Positions 13,601 through 27,679 of a DNA stretch of 64,000 bases are shown here, piece after piece. The notes under the pieces are model-generated. The model worked only from the letters and a program-made list of their open reading frames with translations, did no database searches and was not told where the DNA came from. Position numbers and translations under genes: made by a program. Positions within the stretch are counted from its first letter, which is position 1. Every line of letters begins with the position of its first letter. The stretch comes from the human T2T-CHM13v2.0 reference genome, Homo sapiens. The stretch lies in the NCBI RefSeq assembly GCF_009914755.1, contig NC_060946.1. One strand, written 5' to 3'.

Positions 13601-16154
13601 ACCCTTCGGGTTGATTCCATTCCATTCGATTCCATTCCGTACCATTCCACTGCATTCCATTCCATTCCATTCGGGTTGATTCCGTTCCATTCCAGGCCCT
13701 TTTATTCCATTCCATCCCATTCCATTCCATTCCATACCATTAAACCTAAATTGATTGCATGTTATTGCATTCCATTCAATTCTATTCCATTCCGTTCCAT
13801 TCCATTCCATTCCGTTCCATTCCTTTCACTTGGTTTTATTCCACTCCATTCCATTCCATTCCATTCCATTCCTTTCCACTCCATTCCATTCCACTCCACT
13901 CCGGTTGATTCCATTAAATTCCATTCCATTTCATTCCATTCCGTTTCACTCGAGTTGATTCCATTCCATTCCATTCCATTTTATTCCATTCCATTCTGTT
14001 CCATTCCTTTCCATTCCATACCTTTCCACTCCGGTTGATTCCATGCCATTCCATTCCATGAAATTCCATTCCATTCCACTAAACTCGTGTTGATTCCTTT
14101 CCATTCCATTCCACTTCATTCCATTCGTGTTCATTCCATTCCGTTCCGTTCCATTCCATTCCATTCATTTCCATTCCTTTCCATTGCACTCCACTGGGGT
14201 TGATTCCATTCCATTCCATTCTATTTCATTCCGTTCAAATAAATTCCATTCCATTCTATTCCATTGCATTTCAGTTCATTCCATTCCTTTCCATTCTATT
14301 CCATTCCCTTCCATTCCATTCCATTCCCTTCCATTCCATTCCATTCAATTCTATTCCGTTGCATTGGGATCTGGTTGATTCCAATCCATTCCATTACATT
14401 CCAGTCTTTTCCATTCCATTCCATTCCACTCGGTTTGTTTCCATTACGTTGAATTGTATTCCATTCCATTCCATTCCATTCCATTCCATTGAAATTCATT
14501 GCATTTCATTCCACTCGGTTTGTTTCCTTTCCATTCCATTAGTTTCCAATAAATTCCATTCCTTTCATTCCATTCCATTCCATTCCACTCAGGTTGATTC
14601 CGTTCCATTCCATTCCATTCCATTCCATTCTAGTTGATTCCATTGCATTCCGTGCTGTTCCATTCCATTCCACTCCATTCGAATCCATTCCACATGGGTT
14701 GATTCCATTCCATTCCATTCCATTCAATTACCTTCCATTGCGTTCCACTCGGGTTGATTCCATTCCATTCCATTGCATTCCATTCCATTCCATTGCATTG
14801 CATTTCCTTCCATTCCAGTTGATTCCATTCCATTCCATTCCACTCCATTCCATTCCATTCCATTCTATTCCACTAGGGTTAATTTCATTCGATTCCATTC
14901 CATTCCTGTTTTCCCTTCCATTCCATTCCATTCCACTCGGGTTGACTACATTCCATGCCATTGCATTCCATTGCATTCCATTCGTTTCTATTACATTCCA
15001 TTATTTTCTATTCCATTCCTTTCCACTCGAGTTGATTCCATTCCATTCTATTCCATTCCATTCTATTCCATTCCGTACCGATCCATTCCATTCCATTCCA
15101 TTCCATTTCAATCGGGTTGATTCCATTCCATTCAATTCTATTCCATTCCATTCCATTCCATTCCACTCGGATGATTCCATTCCTTTCCATTCCATTCCAT
15201 TTAAATTCATTTCATTGCTTTCCAGTTGAATCCATTGGATTCGATTCCGTTCCATTCCATTCCATTCCACTCGATTTGATTCCACTCCGTTACATTGGAT
15301 TACATTCCACTTCATTCCTATCAGGTGGATTCCATTCCATTCCATTCCATTCCATTCCTCTCCGGTTGATTCCATTCCGTTCCTTGCCATTCCATTCCAT
15401 TCCATTCCATTCCGTTCCATTCCATTCGTGTTGATTCTATTCCATTCCACTGCAATCCATTCCATTCCATTCCAATCCATTCCATTCCATTCAAATCCAC
15501 TCGCATTCAATCTATTCCATTGCATTTCATTCCGTTCTGTTCCATTCCATTCCATTGCATTCCATACCATTCCATTCCACTCGGGATGATTCCATTGCAT
15601 TCCATTATATTCCATTCCATTCCATTCCATTCCAATCCATTCCATTCCACTCGGGTTGATTCCATTCCATTCCATTCCATTCCATTCCATTCCATTCCTT
15701 TCCTTTCCATTCCATTCCATTCCATTCCACTCGTGTTGTTTCCATTCCATTCCTTTCCATTTCATTCTATTCCATTCCATTCCATTCCATTCCATTCCAT
15801 TCTATTCCATTCCATTCCACTCCATTCCATTCCATTCTTCTCCGGTTATTCCATTCAATTCCGTTCCATTCCACTCGGTTTTTTTTCCATTCCATTGCAT
15901 TCCATTTTATTCCATTCCATTCCATTCCATTCCATTCCATTAAATTCCATTCTATTCCGTTCCACTCGGGTAGATTCCATTCCATTCCATTCCATTCCAT
16001 TCCATTCCATTCCATTAGTTTCTAATGTGGTTGATTCCAATCCATTCCATTATATTTAAGTCCTTTCCATTCCATGCCATTCCACTCGAGTTCTTTCCAT
16101 TTTGTTGGATTCCATTCCATTCCATTCCATTCCATTCCATTCCATTCCTTTCCA

Positions 16155-19100
16155 TTCCATTCCATCCCATTGCATACCATTCCATCAAATTTCATTGCAT
16201 GTTATTCCATTCCATTCCATTCCCTTCCATTCCATTCCATTCCACTCCATTCCTTTCCACTCGGGTTGATTCTATTCCATTCAATTCCGTTCCTTTCCGT
16301 TCCATTCCATTCAATTCCATTTCATTCCATTGCATTCCACTCGGGTTTATTCCATTCCATTCCATTCCATTCCATTCCATTCCATTCCATTCCATTCCTT
16401 TCGGGTTGATTCCTTTCCATTCCATTCCATTCCATACCATTTCACTCCATTCCGTTCCATTCCATTCGGGTTGATTCCGTTCCATTCCATGCCCTTTTAT
16501 GCCTTTCCATTCCATTCCATTCCCTTCCATACCATTCCACCAATGTTGATTGCATGTTATTCCATTCCATTCCATTCCATTCCATTCCATTCCATTCCAT
16601 TGCATTCCGTTCCATTCTACTCGGGTTGATTTCATTCCACTCATTTCCATTCCGTGCCATTCCGATCCATTCCATTCCATTTCATTCCTGTGCTTTCCAC
16701 TCGTGTTGATTCCATTCCATTCCATTCCATTCCATACCCTTCGAGTTGATTCCTTTCCATTCCATTCCATTCCATACCATTCCACTCCATTCCGTTCCAT
16801 TCCATTCGGGTTGATTCCGTTCCATTCCATGACCTTTTATTCCATTTCATTCCGTTCCATTCCATTCCATTCCTTTCCATTCCATACCATTCCACCAAAG
16901 TTGATTGCATGTTATTCTATTTCATTCCCTTCCATTCCATTCCATTACATTCCTTTCCACTCGGGTTGATTCCATTCCTTTCAATTCCGTTCCATTCCGC
17001 TCCGTTCCGTTCCATTCCATTCCATTACATTCCATGGCATTCCACTCGGGTTGATTCCATTCCATTCCATTCCATTCTATTCCATACACTTCGGGTTGAT
17101 TCCTTTCCATTCCATTCCATTCCATACCATTCCACTCCATTCCGTTCCATTCCATTCGTGTTGATTCCATTCCGTTCCATTCCATTCCATTCCATTCCAT
17201 ACCATTCCACTATGGTTTATTCCATACCATTCCATTCCATTGCATTCCATTCCATTCCATTCCACTCGGGTTGATTCCATTCCATTCCATTCCATTCCAT
17301 TCCTTTCCTTTCCACTCGGGTTGATTTTATTCCATTCAATTCCGTTCCATTCCATTCCATTCCATTCCATTCCATTTCATTCCATTGCATTCCACTCGTG
17401 TTGACTCCATTCCATTCCATTCCATTGCATTCCATTCCATTCCATTCCATACCCTTCGAGTTGATTCCTTTCCATTCCATTCCATTCCACACCATTCCAA
17501 TCCATTCCGTTCCATTCCATTCGGGTTGATTCCGTTCCATTCCATGACCTTTTATTCCATTCCATTCCATTCTATTCCATACCATTCGGGGTGATTCCTT
17601 TCCATTCCATTCCATTCCATTCCATACCATTCCACTCCATTCCGTTCCATTCCATTCGGGTTAAGTCCATTCCGTTCCATTCCGTTCCATTCCATTCCAT
17701 ACCATTCCACTAGGGTTGATTCCATACCATTCCATTCCATTGCATTCCATTCCATTCCATTCCACTCGGGTTGATTCCATTCCGTTCCATTCCATTCCAC
17801 TGCATTCCATTACATTCCATTCCACTCCAGTTAATTCCGTTCCATTCCATTCCAATCCATTCCATTCCATTGGGGTCCATTCCATTCCATTCCTTTCCAT
17901 TCTGTTCCGTTCCGATCCATTCCATTCAATTCCATTCCATTCCATTCCATTCCATTCATTCCTTTCCATTCCATTCCATTCCACTCGGGTTGATTCCATT
18001 CCATTCCATTCCATACCATTCCATTCCATTAAATTCCATTCCATTCCATTCCACTCGGGTAGATTCCATTCCATTCCATTCCATTGCATTCCATTCCATT
18101 CCAATGCTTTCCATTAGTTTCTAATCGGGTTGATTCCAATCCATTCCATTATATTCAAGTCCTTTCCATTCCATGCCATTCCACTCGGGTTGTTTCCATT
18201 ATGTTGTATTCCATTCCATTCCATTCCATTCCATTGCATTCCCTTCCATTCCATTCCATTCCATTCCATTCCATTGCATTCCATTCCACTCAGGTTGTTT
18301 CCTTTCAGTTGCATTAGTTTCCATTCCATTCCACTCAGGGTGATTCCATTCCTTTCCATTCAAATTCTTTCCATTCCTGTTGATACATTGCATTGCATTG
18401 TTTCCATTCCATTCCATTCCATTCCATTCCACTCGGTTTTATTCATTTCCATTCCATTCCATTCCATTCCATTCCATTCCATTCCATTGCATTCCATTGC
18501 ATTCCATTCCACTCGGGTTGTTTCCTTTCCGTTCCATTAGTTTCCATTCCATTCCATTCCTTTCCATTCCATTCCATTCAGGGTGATTCCATTCCTTTCC
18601 ATTCCAATTCATTCCATTCCAGTTGATACCATTGCATTGCATTGTTTCCATTCCATTGCATTCCATTCCATTCCACTCGGTTTTATTCATTTCCATTCCA
18701 TTCCATTCCATTCCATTCCATTCCATTCCATGCCATTCATCTCGGGTTGATTCCATTCCATTTCATTGCCTTTTATTCCGTTCCATTCCATTCCATTCCA
18801 TTCCATACCATTCCACCAAAGTTGATTGCATGCTATTCCATTCCATTCCATTCCATTCCATTCCATTCCATTCCATTCCATTCCTTTCCACTTGGGTTGA
18901 TTCCATTCCATTCAGTTCTGTTCTGTTCCGTTCCGTTCCGTTCCATTCCATTCATTCCATTCCATTCCATTTCATTCCATTGCATTCCACTCGGGTTGAT
19001 TCCATTCCATTCCATTCCATTCCATTCCATTCCATTCCATACCCTTCTGGTTGATTCCTTTCCATTCCATTCCATTCCATACCATTCCACTCCATTCCAT

Positions 19101-22100
19101 TCCATTCCATTCCGTTCTGGTTGATTCCATTCTGTTGAATTTCTTTCCATTCCAATCCATTGCATTCCATTCCATTCCATTCCATTCCATTCCATTCCAT
19201 TCCATTCCACTCGAGTTAATTCCATTCCTTTGAATTCCATTGCTTTCCATTCCATTCCATTCCATTCCTTTTCATTCTATTACACTCGGGTTGTTTCCAT
19301 TCCATTCATTTCTTTTCCATTCCATTCCATTCCATTCTTTTCCATTCCACTAATGTTGATTCCATTCTTTCCTTTCCATTCCATTCCATTCCATTCCAGT
19401 TGATTCCATTGCATTCCATTCCATTCCATTCCGTTCTATTCCTTTCCGTTCCACTCAGGTTGATTCCATTCCATTCCATTCCATTCCATTCAATTCCATT
19501 CCATTCCATTCCATTGCACTCGGGTTGATGCCATTCCATTCCAATCCATTTTATTCCTTTCCATTCCATTCCATTCCATACCATTCCACTGGAGTGGATT
19601 CCATAACATTCCATTCCATTGCATTCCGTTCTTTTCCATTCCATTCCATTCCACTCGTGTTGTTTCCATTCCATTCCTTTCTATTCCATTCCATCCCATT
19701 GCATACCATTCCATCAAATTTCATTGCATGTTATTCCATTCCATTCCATTCCCTTCCATTCCATTCCATTCCACTCCATTCCTTTCCACTCGGGTTGATT
19801 CTATTCCATTCAATTCTGTTCCTTTCCGTTCCATTCCATTCAATTCCATTTCATTCCATTGCATTCCACTCGGGTTTATTCCATTCCATTCCATTCCATT
19901 CCATTCCATTCCATTCCATTCCTTTCGGGTTGATTCCTTTCCATTCCATTCCATTCCATACCATTTCACTCCATTCCGTTCCATTCCATTCGGGTTGATT
20001 CCGTTCCATTCCATGCCCTTTTATGCCTTTCCATTCCATTCCATTCCCTTCCATACCATTCCACCAATGTTGATTGCATGTTATTCCATTCCATTCCATT
20101 CCATTCCATTCCATTCCATTCCATTGCATTCCGTTCCATTCTACTCGGGTTGATTTCATTCCACTCATTTCCATTCCGTGCCATTCCGATCCATTCCATT
20201 CCATTTCATTCCTGTGCTTTCCACTCGTGTTGATTCCATTCCATTCCATTCCATTCCATACCCTTCGAGTTGATTCCTTTCCATTCCATTCCATTCCATA
20301 CCATTCCACTCCATTCCGTTCCATTCCATTCGGGTTGATTCCGTTCCATTCCATGACCTTTTATTCCATTTCATTCCGTTCCATTCCATTCCATTCCTTT
20401 CCATTCCATACCATTCCACCAAAGTTGATTGCATGTTATTCTATTTCATTCCCTTCCATTCCATTCCATTACATTCCTTTCCACTCGGGTTGATTCCATT
20501 CCTTTCAATTCCGTTCCATTCCGCTCCGTTCCGTTCCATTCCATTCCATTACATTCCATGGCATTCCACTCGGGTTGATTCCATTCCATTCCATTCCATT
20601 CTATTCCATACACTTCGGGTTGATTCCTTTCCATTCCATTCCATTCCATACCATTCCACTCCATTCCGTTCCATTCCATTCGTGTTGATTCCATTCCGTT
20701 CCATTCCATTCCATTCCATTCCATACCATTCCACTATGGTTTATTCCATACCATTCCATTCCATTGCATTCCATTCCATTCCATTCCACTCGGGTTGATT
20801 CCATTCCATTCCATTCCATTCCATTCCTTTCCTTTCCACTCGGGTTGATTTTATTCCATTCAATTCCGTTCCATTCCATTCCATTCCATTCCATTCCATT
20901 TCATTCCATTGCATTCCACTCGTGTTGACTCCATTCCATTCCATTCCATTGCATTCCATTCCATTCCATTCCATACCCTTCGAGTTGATTCCTTTCCATT
21001 CCATTCCATTCCACACCATTCCAATCCATTCCGTTCCATTCCATTCGGGTTGATTCCGTTCCATTCCATGACCTTTTATTCCATTCCATTCCATTCTATT
21101 CCATACCATTCGGGGTGATTCCTTTCCATTCCATTCCATTCCATTCCATACCATTCCACTCCATTCCGTTCCATTCCATTCGGGTTAAGTCCATTCCGTT
21201 CCATTCCGTTCCATTCCATTCCATACCATTCCACTAGGGTTGATTCCATACCATTCCATTCCATTGCATTCCATTCCATTCCATTCCACTCGGGTTGATT
21301 CCATTCCGTTCCATTCCATTCCACTGCATTCCATTACATTCCATTCCACTCCAGTTAATTCCGTTCCATTCCATTCCAATCCATTCCATTCCATTGGGGT
21401 CCATTCCATTCCATTCCTTTCCATTCTGTTCCGTTCCGATCCATTCCATTCAATTCCATTCCATTCCATTCCATTCCATTCATTCCTTTCCATTCCATTC
21501 CATTCCACTCGGGTTGATTCCATTCCATTCCATTCCATACCATTCCATTCCATTAAATTCCATTCCATTCCATTCCACTCGGGTAGATTCCATTCCATTC
21601 CATTCCATTGCATTCCATTCCATTCCAATGCTTTCCATTAGTTTCTAATCGGGTTGATTCCAATCCATTCCATTATATTCAAGTCCTTTCCATTCCATGC
21701 CATTCCACTCGGGTTGTTTCCATTATGTTGTATTCCATTCCATTCCATTCCATTCCATTGCATTCCCTTCCATTCCATTCCATTCCATTCCATTCCATTG
21801 CATTCCATTCCACTCAGGTTGTTTCCTTTCAGTTGCATTAGTTTCCATTCCATTCCACTCAGGGTGATTCCATTCCTTTCCATTCAAATTCTTTCCATTC
21901 CTGTTGATACATTGCATTGCATTGTTTCCATTCCATTCCATTCCATTCCATTCCATTCCATTCCACTCGGTTTTATTCATTTCCATTCCATTCCATTCCA
22001 TTCCATTCCATTCCATTCCATTGCATTCCATTGCATTCCATTCCACTCGGGTTGTTTCCTTTCCGTTCCATTAGTTTCCATTCCATTCCATTCCTTTCCA

Positions 22101-23219
22101 TTCCATTCCATTCAGGGTGATTCCATTCCTTTCCATTCCAATTCATTCCATTCCAGTTGATACCATTGCATTGCATTGTTTCCATTCCATTGCATTCCAT
22201 TCCATTCCACTCGGTTTTATTCATTTCCATTCCATTCCATTCCATTCCATTCCATTCCATTCCATTCCATGCCATTCATCTCGGTTTGATTCCATTCCAT
22301 TTCATTGCCTTTTATTCCGTTCCATTCCATTCCATTCCATTCCATACCATTCCACCAAAGTTGATTGCATGCTATTCCATTCCATTCCATTCCATTCCAT
22401 TCCATTCCATTCCTTTCCACTTGGGTTGATTCCATTCCATTCAGTTCTGTTCTGTTCCGTTCCGTTCCGTTCCATTCCATTCATTCCATTCCATTCCATT
22501 TCATTCCATTGCATTCCACTCGGGTTGATTCCATTCCATTCCATTCCATTCCATTCCATTCCATTCCATTCCATACCCTTCTGGTTGATTCCTTTCCATT
22601 CCATTCCATTCCATACCATTCCACTCCATTCCATTCCATTCCATTCCGTTCTGGTTGATTCCATTCTGTTGAATTTCTTTCCATTCCAATCCATTGCATT
22701 CCATTCCATTCCATTCCATTCCATTCCATTCCATTCCATTCCACTCGAGTTAATTCCATTCCTTTGAATTCCATTGCTTTCCATTCCATTCCATTCCATT
22801 CCTTTTCATTCTATTACACTCGGGTTGTTTCCATTCCATTCATTTCTTTTCCATTCCATTCCATTCCATTCTTTTCCATTCCACTAATGTTGATTCCATT
22901 CTTTCCTTTCCATTCCATTCCATTCCATTCCAGTTGATTCCATTGCATTCCATTCCATTCCATTCCGTTCTATTCCTTTCCGTTCCACTCAGGTTGATTC
23001 CATTCCATTCCATTCCATTCCATTCAATTCCATTCCATTCCATTCCATTGCACTCGGGTTGATGCCATTCCATTCCAATCCATTTTATTCCTTTCCATTC
23101 CATTCCATTCCATACCATTCCACTGGAGTGGATTCCATAACATTCCATTCCATTGCATTCCGTTCTTTTCCATTCCATTCCATTCCACTCGTGTTGTTTC
23201 CATTCCATTCCTTTCTATT
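16155..23219 (+). repeat. Tandem duplication of ~3.53 kb (16155-19685 / 19686-23219)
   Basis: Identical ORFs occur at offset 3524 (16442/19966, 16909/20433, 17716/21240) and at 3534 near the end (19306/22840). CCTGTGCTTTCC and CCATGGCATTCC occur twice here but once in the other units. Confidence 0.93.
16175..17580 (+). repeat. Second cluster (3-4 copies) of the ~355 bp sub-unit
   Basis: ATTGCATGTTATT anchors are at ~16195, ~16549 and ~16904, and CCATG(A/C)CCTTTTAT is at ~16487, ~16827 and ~17542. Confidence 0.78.
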
Positions 23220-26200
23220 CCATTCCATTCCATTCCTTTCCATTTGGGTTGATTCCGTTCCATTCCATTCCATTTCATTCCATTCCATTCCATTCCATTA
23301 CACTCCATTCCATTCCATTCCACTCCATTCCATTCCATTCAATTCAATTCCACTCCATTCCAATCCACTCGTGTTCATTGCATTCCATTCCATTCCTTCC
23401 TGTTCCTTTCCATTCTACTCCGTTCCATTCCACTGCCTTACACTCGTGTTCATTCCATTCCGTTCCGGTCCATTCCATTCCACTCAGGTTGATTCCGTTC
23501 CATTCCATTCCATTCCATTCCATTCCATTCTATTTGATTCCATTGCATTCCGTGCTGTTCCATTCCATTCCACTCCATTCGAATCCATTCCACTTGGGTT
23601 GATTCCATTCCATTCCATTCCATTCAATTACCTTCCATTGCGTTCCACTCGGGTTGATTCCATTCCATTCCATTGCATTCCATTCCATTCCATTGCATTG
23701 CATTTCCTTCCATTCCAGTTGATTCCATTCCATTACATTCCATTCCATTCCATTCTTTTCCACTAGGGTTAATTTCATTCGATTCCATTCCATTCCTGTT
23801 TTCCCTTCCATTCCATTCCATTCCATTCCACTCGGGTTTACTACATTCCATGCCATTGCATTCCATTGCATTCCATTCGTTTCTATTACATTCCATTCTT
23901 TTCTATTCCATTCCTTTCCACTCGGTTGATTCCATTCCATTCTATTCCATTCCATTCTATTCCATTCCGTACCGATCCATTCCATTCCATTCCATTTCAA
24001 TCGGGTTGATTCCATTCCATTCAATTCTATTCCATTCCATTCCATTCCATTCCACTCGGATGATTCCATTCCATTCCATTCCATTCCATTTAAATTCATT
24101 GCATTGCTTTCCAGTAGAATCCATTGGATTCGATTCCGTTCCATTCCACTCCATTCCACTCGAGTTGATTCCACTCCGTTCCATTGGATTACATTCCACT
24201 TCATTCCTATCAGGTGGATTCCATTCCATTCCATTCCATTCCACTCCGGTTGATTCCATTCCGTTCCTTTCCATTCCATTCCATTCCATTCCATTCCATT
24301 CCATTCCATTCCATTCCGTTCCATTCCATTCGTGTTGATTCCATTCCATTCCACTCCAATCCATTCCATTCCATTCCATTCCATTCCGTTCCGTTCCAAT
24401 CCATTCCATTCCATTCCATTCCATTCCATTCCATTCATTCTTTTCCATTCCATTCCATTCCACTCGGGTTGATTCCATTCCATTACATTCCATTCCATTC
24501 CATTCCATTAAATTCCATTCCATTCCATTCCACTCGGGTAGATTCCATTCCATTCCATTCCATTCCATTCCATTCCATTCCACTCCTTTCCATTAGTTTC
24601 TAATCGGGTTGATTCCAATCCATTCCAATATATACAAGTCCTTTCCATTCCATGCCATTCCACTCGGGTTGTTTCCATTTTGTTGTATTCCATTCCATTC
24701 CTTTCAATTCCATTTCATTCCATTCCATTCCGTTCCATTCCATTCCATTCCATTCCATTCCATTGCATTCCACTCGGGTTGTTTCCATTCCATTCCATTA
24801 GTTTCCATTCCGTTCCATTCCTTTCCATTCCATTCCACTCAGGGTGATTCCATTCCTTTCCATTCCAATTCTTTCCATTCCATTTGATACCATTGCATTG
24901 CATTGTTTCCATTCCATTCCATTCCATTCCATTCCATTCCATTCCACTCGGTTTTATTCATTTCCATTCCATTCCATTCCATTCCATCGCATTCATCTCG
25001 GGTTGATTCCATTCCATTCCATTCCCTTTTATTCCATTCCATTCCATTCCATAACATTCCACCAAAGTTGACTGCATGCTATTCGATTCCATTGCATTCC
25101 ATTCCATTCCATTCCATTCCGTTCCTTTCCACTTGGGTTGATTCCATTCCATTCAGTTCCGTTCTGTTCCTTTCCGTTCCTTTCCATTCCATTCCATTTC
25201 ATTCCATTGCATTCCACTCGGGTTGATTCCATTCCATTCCATTCCATTCCATTCCATTCCATTCCATTCCGTTCATTTCCACTTGGGTTGATTCCATTCC
25301 ATTCAATTCTGTTCCGTTCCATTCCGTTCTGTTCCATTCCATTCCATTCCATTCCATTTCTTTCCATTGCATTCCACTCGGGTTGATTCCATTCCATTCC
25401 ATTCCATTCCATTCCATTCCATTCCATTCCATTCCATTCCATACCCTTCGGGTTGATTCCTTTCCATTCCATTGCATTCCATACCATTCCACTCCATTCC
25501 ATTCCATTCCATGCTGGTTGATTCCATTCCGTTGAATTTCTTTCCATTCCAATCCATTCCATTCCATTCCATTCCATTGTTTTCCATTCCATTCCATTCC
25601 ATTAATTTTCTTTATATTACACTCGGGTTGTTTCCATTCCATTCATTTCTTTTCCATTCCATTCCATTCCTTTCCATTCCACTCATGTTGATTCCATTCT
25701 TTCCATTCCATTGCATTCCATTCCATTCCATTCCATTCCAGTTGATTCCATTGCATTGCATTGCATTCCATTCCATTCCATTCTATCCTTTCCATTCCAC
25801 TCTGGTTGATTCCATTCAATTCCATTCCGTTCCATTCCATTCCGTTCCACTCGGGGTGATTCCATTCCATTCCATTCCATTCCATTCCATTCCATTCCAT
25901 TCCATTTCACTCAGGTTGATGCCATTCCATTCTGATCCATTTTATTCCTTTCCATTCCATTCCATTCCACTCGGGTGGATTCCATAACATTCCATTCCAT
26001 TCCATTCCATTCCTTTCCATTCCATTCCATTCCACTCGTGTTGATTCCATTCCATTCCTTTCCATTCCATTCCATTCCATTCCATTCGGGTTGAGTCCGT
26101 TCCATTCCATTCCATTTCATTCCATTCCATTCCATTCCATTCCACTCCATTCCATTCCATTACACTCCATTCCATTCCATTCCACTACATTCCATTCCAT

Positions 26201-27679
26201 TCCATTCCATTCCACTCCATTCCATTCCATTCCATTCCACCCAGATTGATTCCATTCTTTTCCATTGCATTCCATTCCATTCCATTCCGTTTGATTCCAA
26301 TGCCTTCCATTCCATTCCATTCCATTGCATTCCATTCCACTCCATTCCACTCTGGTTGATTCCATTCCATTCCATTCCATTCCATTCCATTCCATTCCAT
26401 TCCACTCGGGTTCATTCCATTCCATTCCTTTCCATTCCATTTCACTCGGGTTGATTCCATTCCATTCCGATCCATTTTATTCCATTCCATTCCATTCCAT
26501 ACCTTCCCATTCCACACGGATTAATTCCATTCCATCCCATTCCATTCCATTCCATTCCATTCAGGTTGATTCCTTTCCATTCCATTCCATCCCATTCCAT
26601 TCCGCTCCATTCCATTCCATTCAATTCAATTCCATTCCATTCCACTCCATTCCATTCCACTCTTGTTCATTCCATTCCATTCCATTCCATTCTATCCCGT
26701 TCCTTTCCATTCTATTCCGTTCCTTTCCATTCCCACACACTCGTGTTCATTCCATTCCGTTCCTTTGCATTCCATTCCATTCATTTCCATTCCTTTCCAT
26801 TGAACTCCACTTGGTTGATTCCATTCCATTCCATTCTATTCCATTCCGTTCAATTAAATTCCATTCCATTCCATTCCCTTGCATTCCAGTTCATTCCATT
26901 CGTTTCCATTCCATTCCATTCCCTTCCATTCCATTCCATTCCCTTCCATTCCATTCCGTTCAATTCTATTCCGTTGCATTGGAATCGGGTTGATTCCAAT
27001 CAATTCCATTACATTCCAGTCTATTCCATTCCATTCCATTCCACTCGGTTTGTTTCCATTACGTTGAATTGCATTCCATTCCATTCCATTCCATTCCATT
27101 CCATTCCATTCCATTCCATTCCATTGAAATTCATTGCATTTCATTCCACTCGGTTTGTTTCCTTTCCATTCCATTAGTTTCCAATAAATTCCATTCCATT
27201 CATTCCATTCCATTCCATTCCACTCAGGTTGATTCCATTCCATTCCATTCCATTCGATTCCATTCTAGTTGATTCCATTGCATTCCGTGGTGTTCCATTC
27301 CATTCCACTCCATTCGAATCCATTCCACTTGGGTTGATTCCATTCAATTCCATTCCATTCAATTACCTTCCATTGCATTCCACTCGGGTTGATTCCATTC
27401 CATTCCATTCCATTGCATTTCCTTCCATTCCATTCCAGTCCACTCCATTCCATTCCATTCAATTCAATTCCACTCCATTCCAATCCACTCGTGTTCATTC
27501 CATTCCATTCCATTCTTTCCCGTTCCTTTCCATTCTATTCCGTTTCATTCCACTCCCTTACACTCGTGTTCATTCCATTCCGTTCCGTTCCATTCCATTC
27601 CATTCATTTCCGTTCCTTTCCATTTCACTCCACTCGGGTTGATTCCATTCCATTCCATTCCATTCCATTCCTTTCCATT

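Larger units (their letters stand above)
9281..27679 (+). repeat. Higher-order repeat copy 1 (18,399 bp: ~15.3 kb unit plus a 3.53 kb duplication, minus 414 bp)
   Basis: The landmark AGTTTCTAATCGGGTTGATTCCAATCCATTACATTAT starts at 9281, 27680, 42900, 53237 and 63569. The single-copy marker GCTAAAATCC is at 12421, 30650, 46045 and 56377. Identical ORF translations recur at matching offsets (12393/30622/46017/56349). Confidence 0.9.

Noticed and set aside
13741-13770. Possible DUX4/homeodomain site in TAAACCTAAATTGATTGCATGTTA
   Set aside because: It does not match the TAAY..AATCA consensus and is simply a diverged copy of the CCACCAAAGTTGATTGCATG anchor.
16155-23219. Identification with the Y-chromosome DYZ1 ~3.56 kb repeat
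   Set aside because: The ~3.53 kb period occurs only once, as a local duplication inside a larger unit, so the size similarity looks coincidental.
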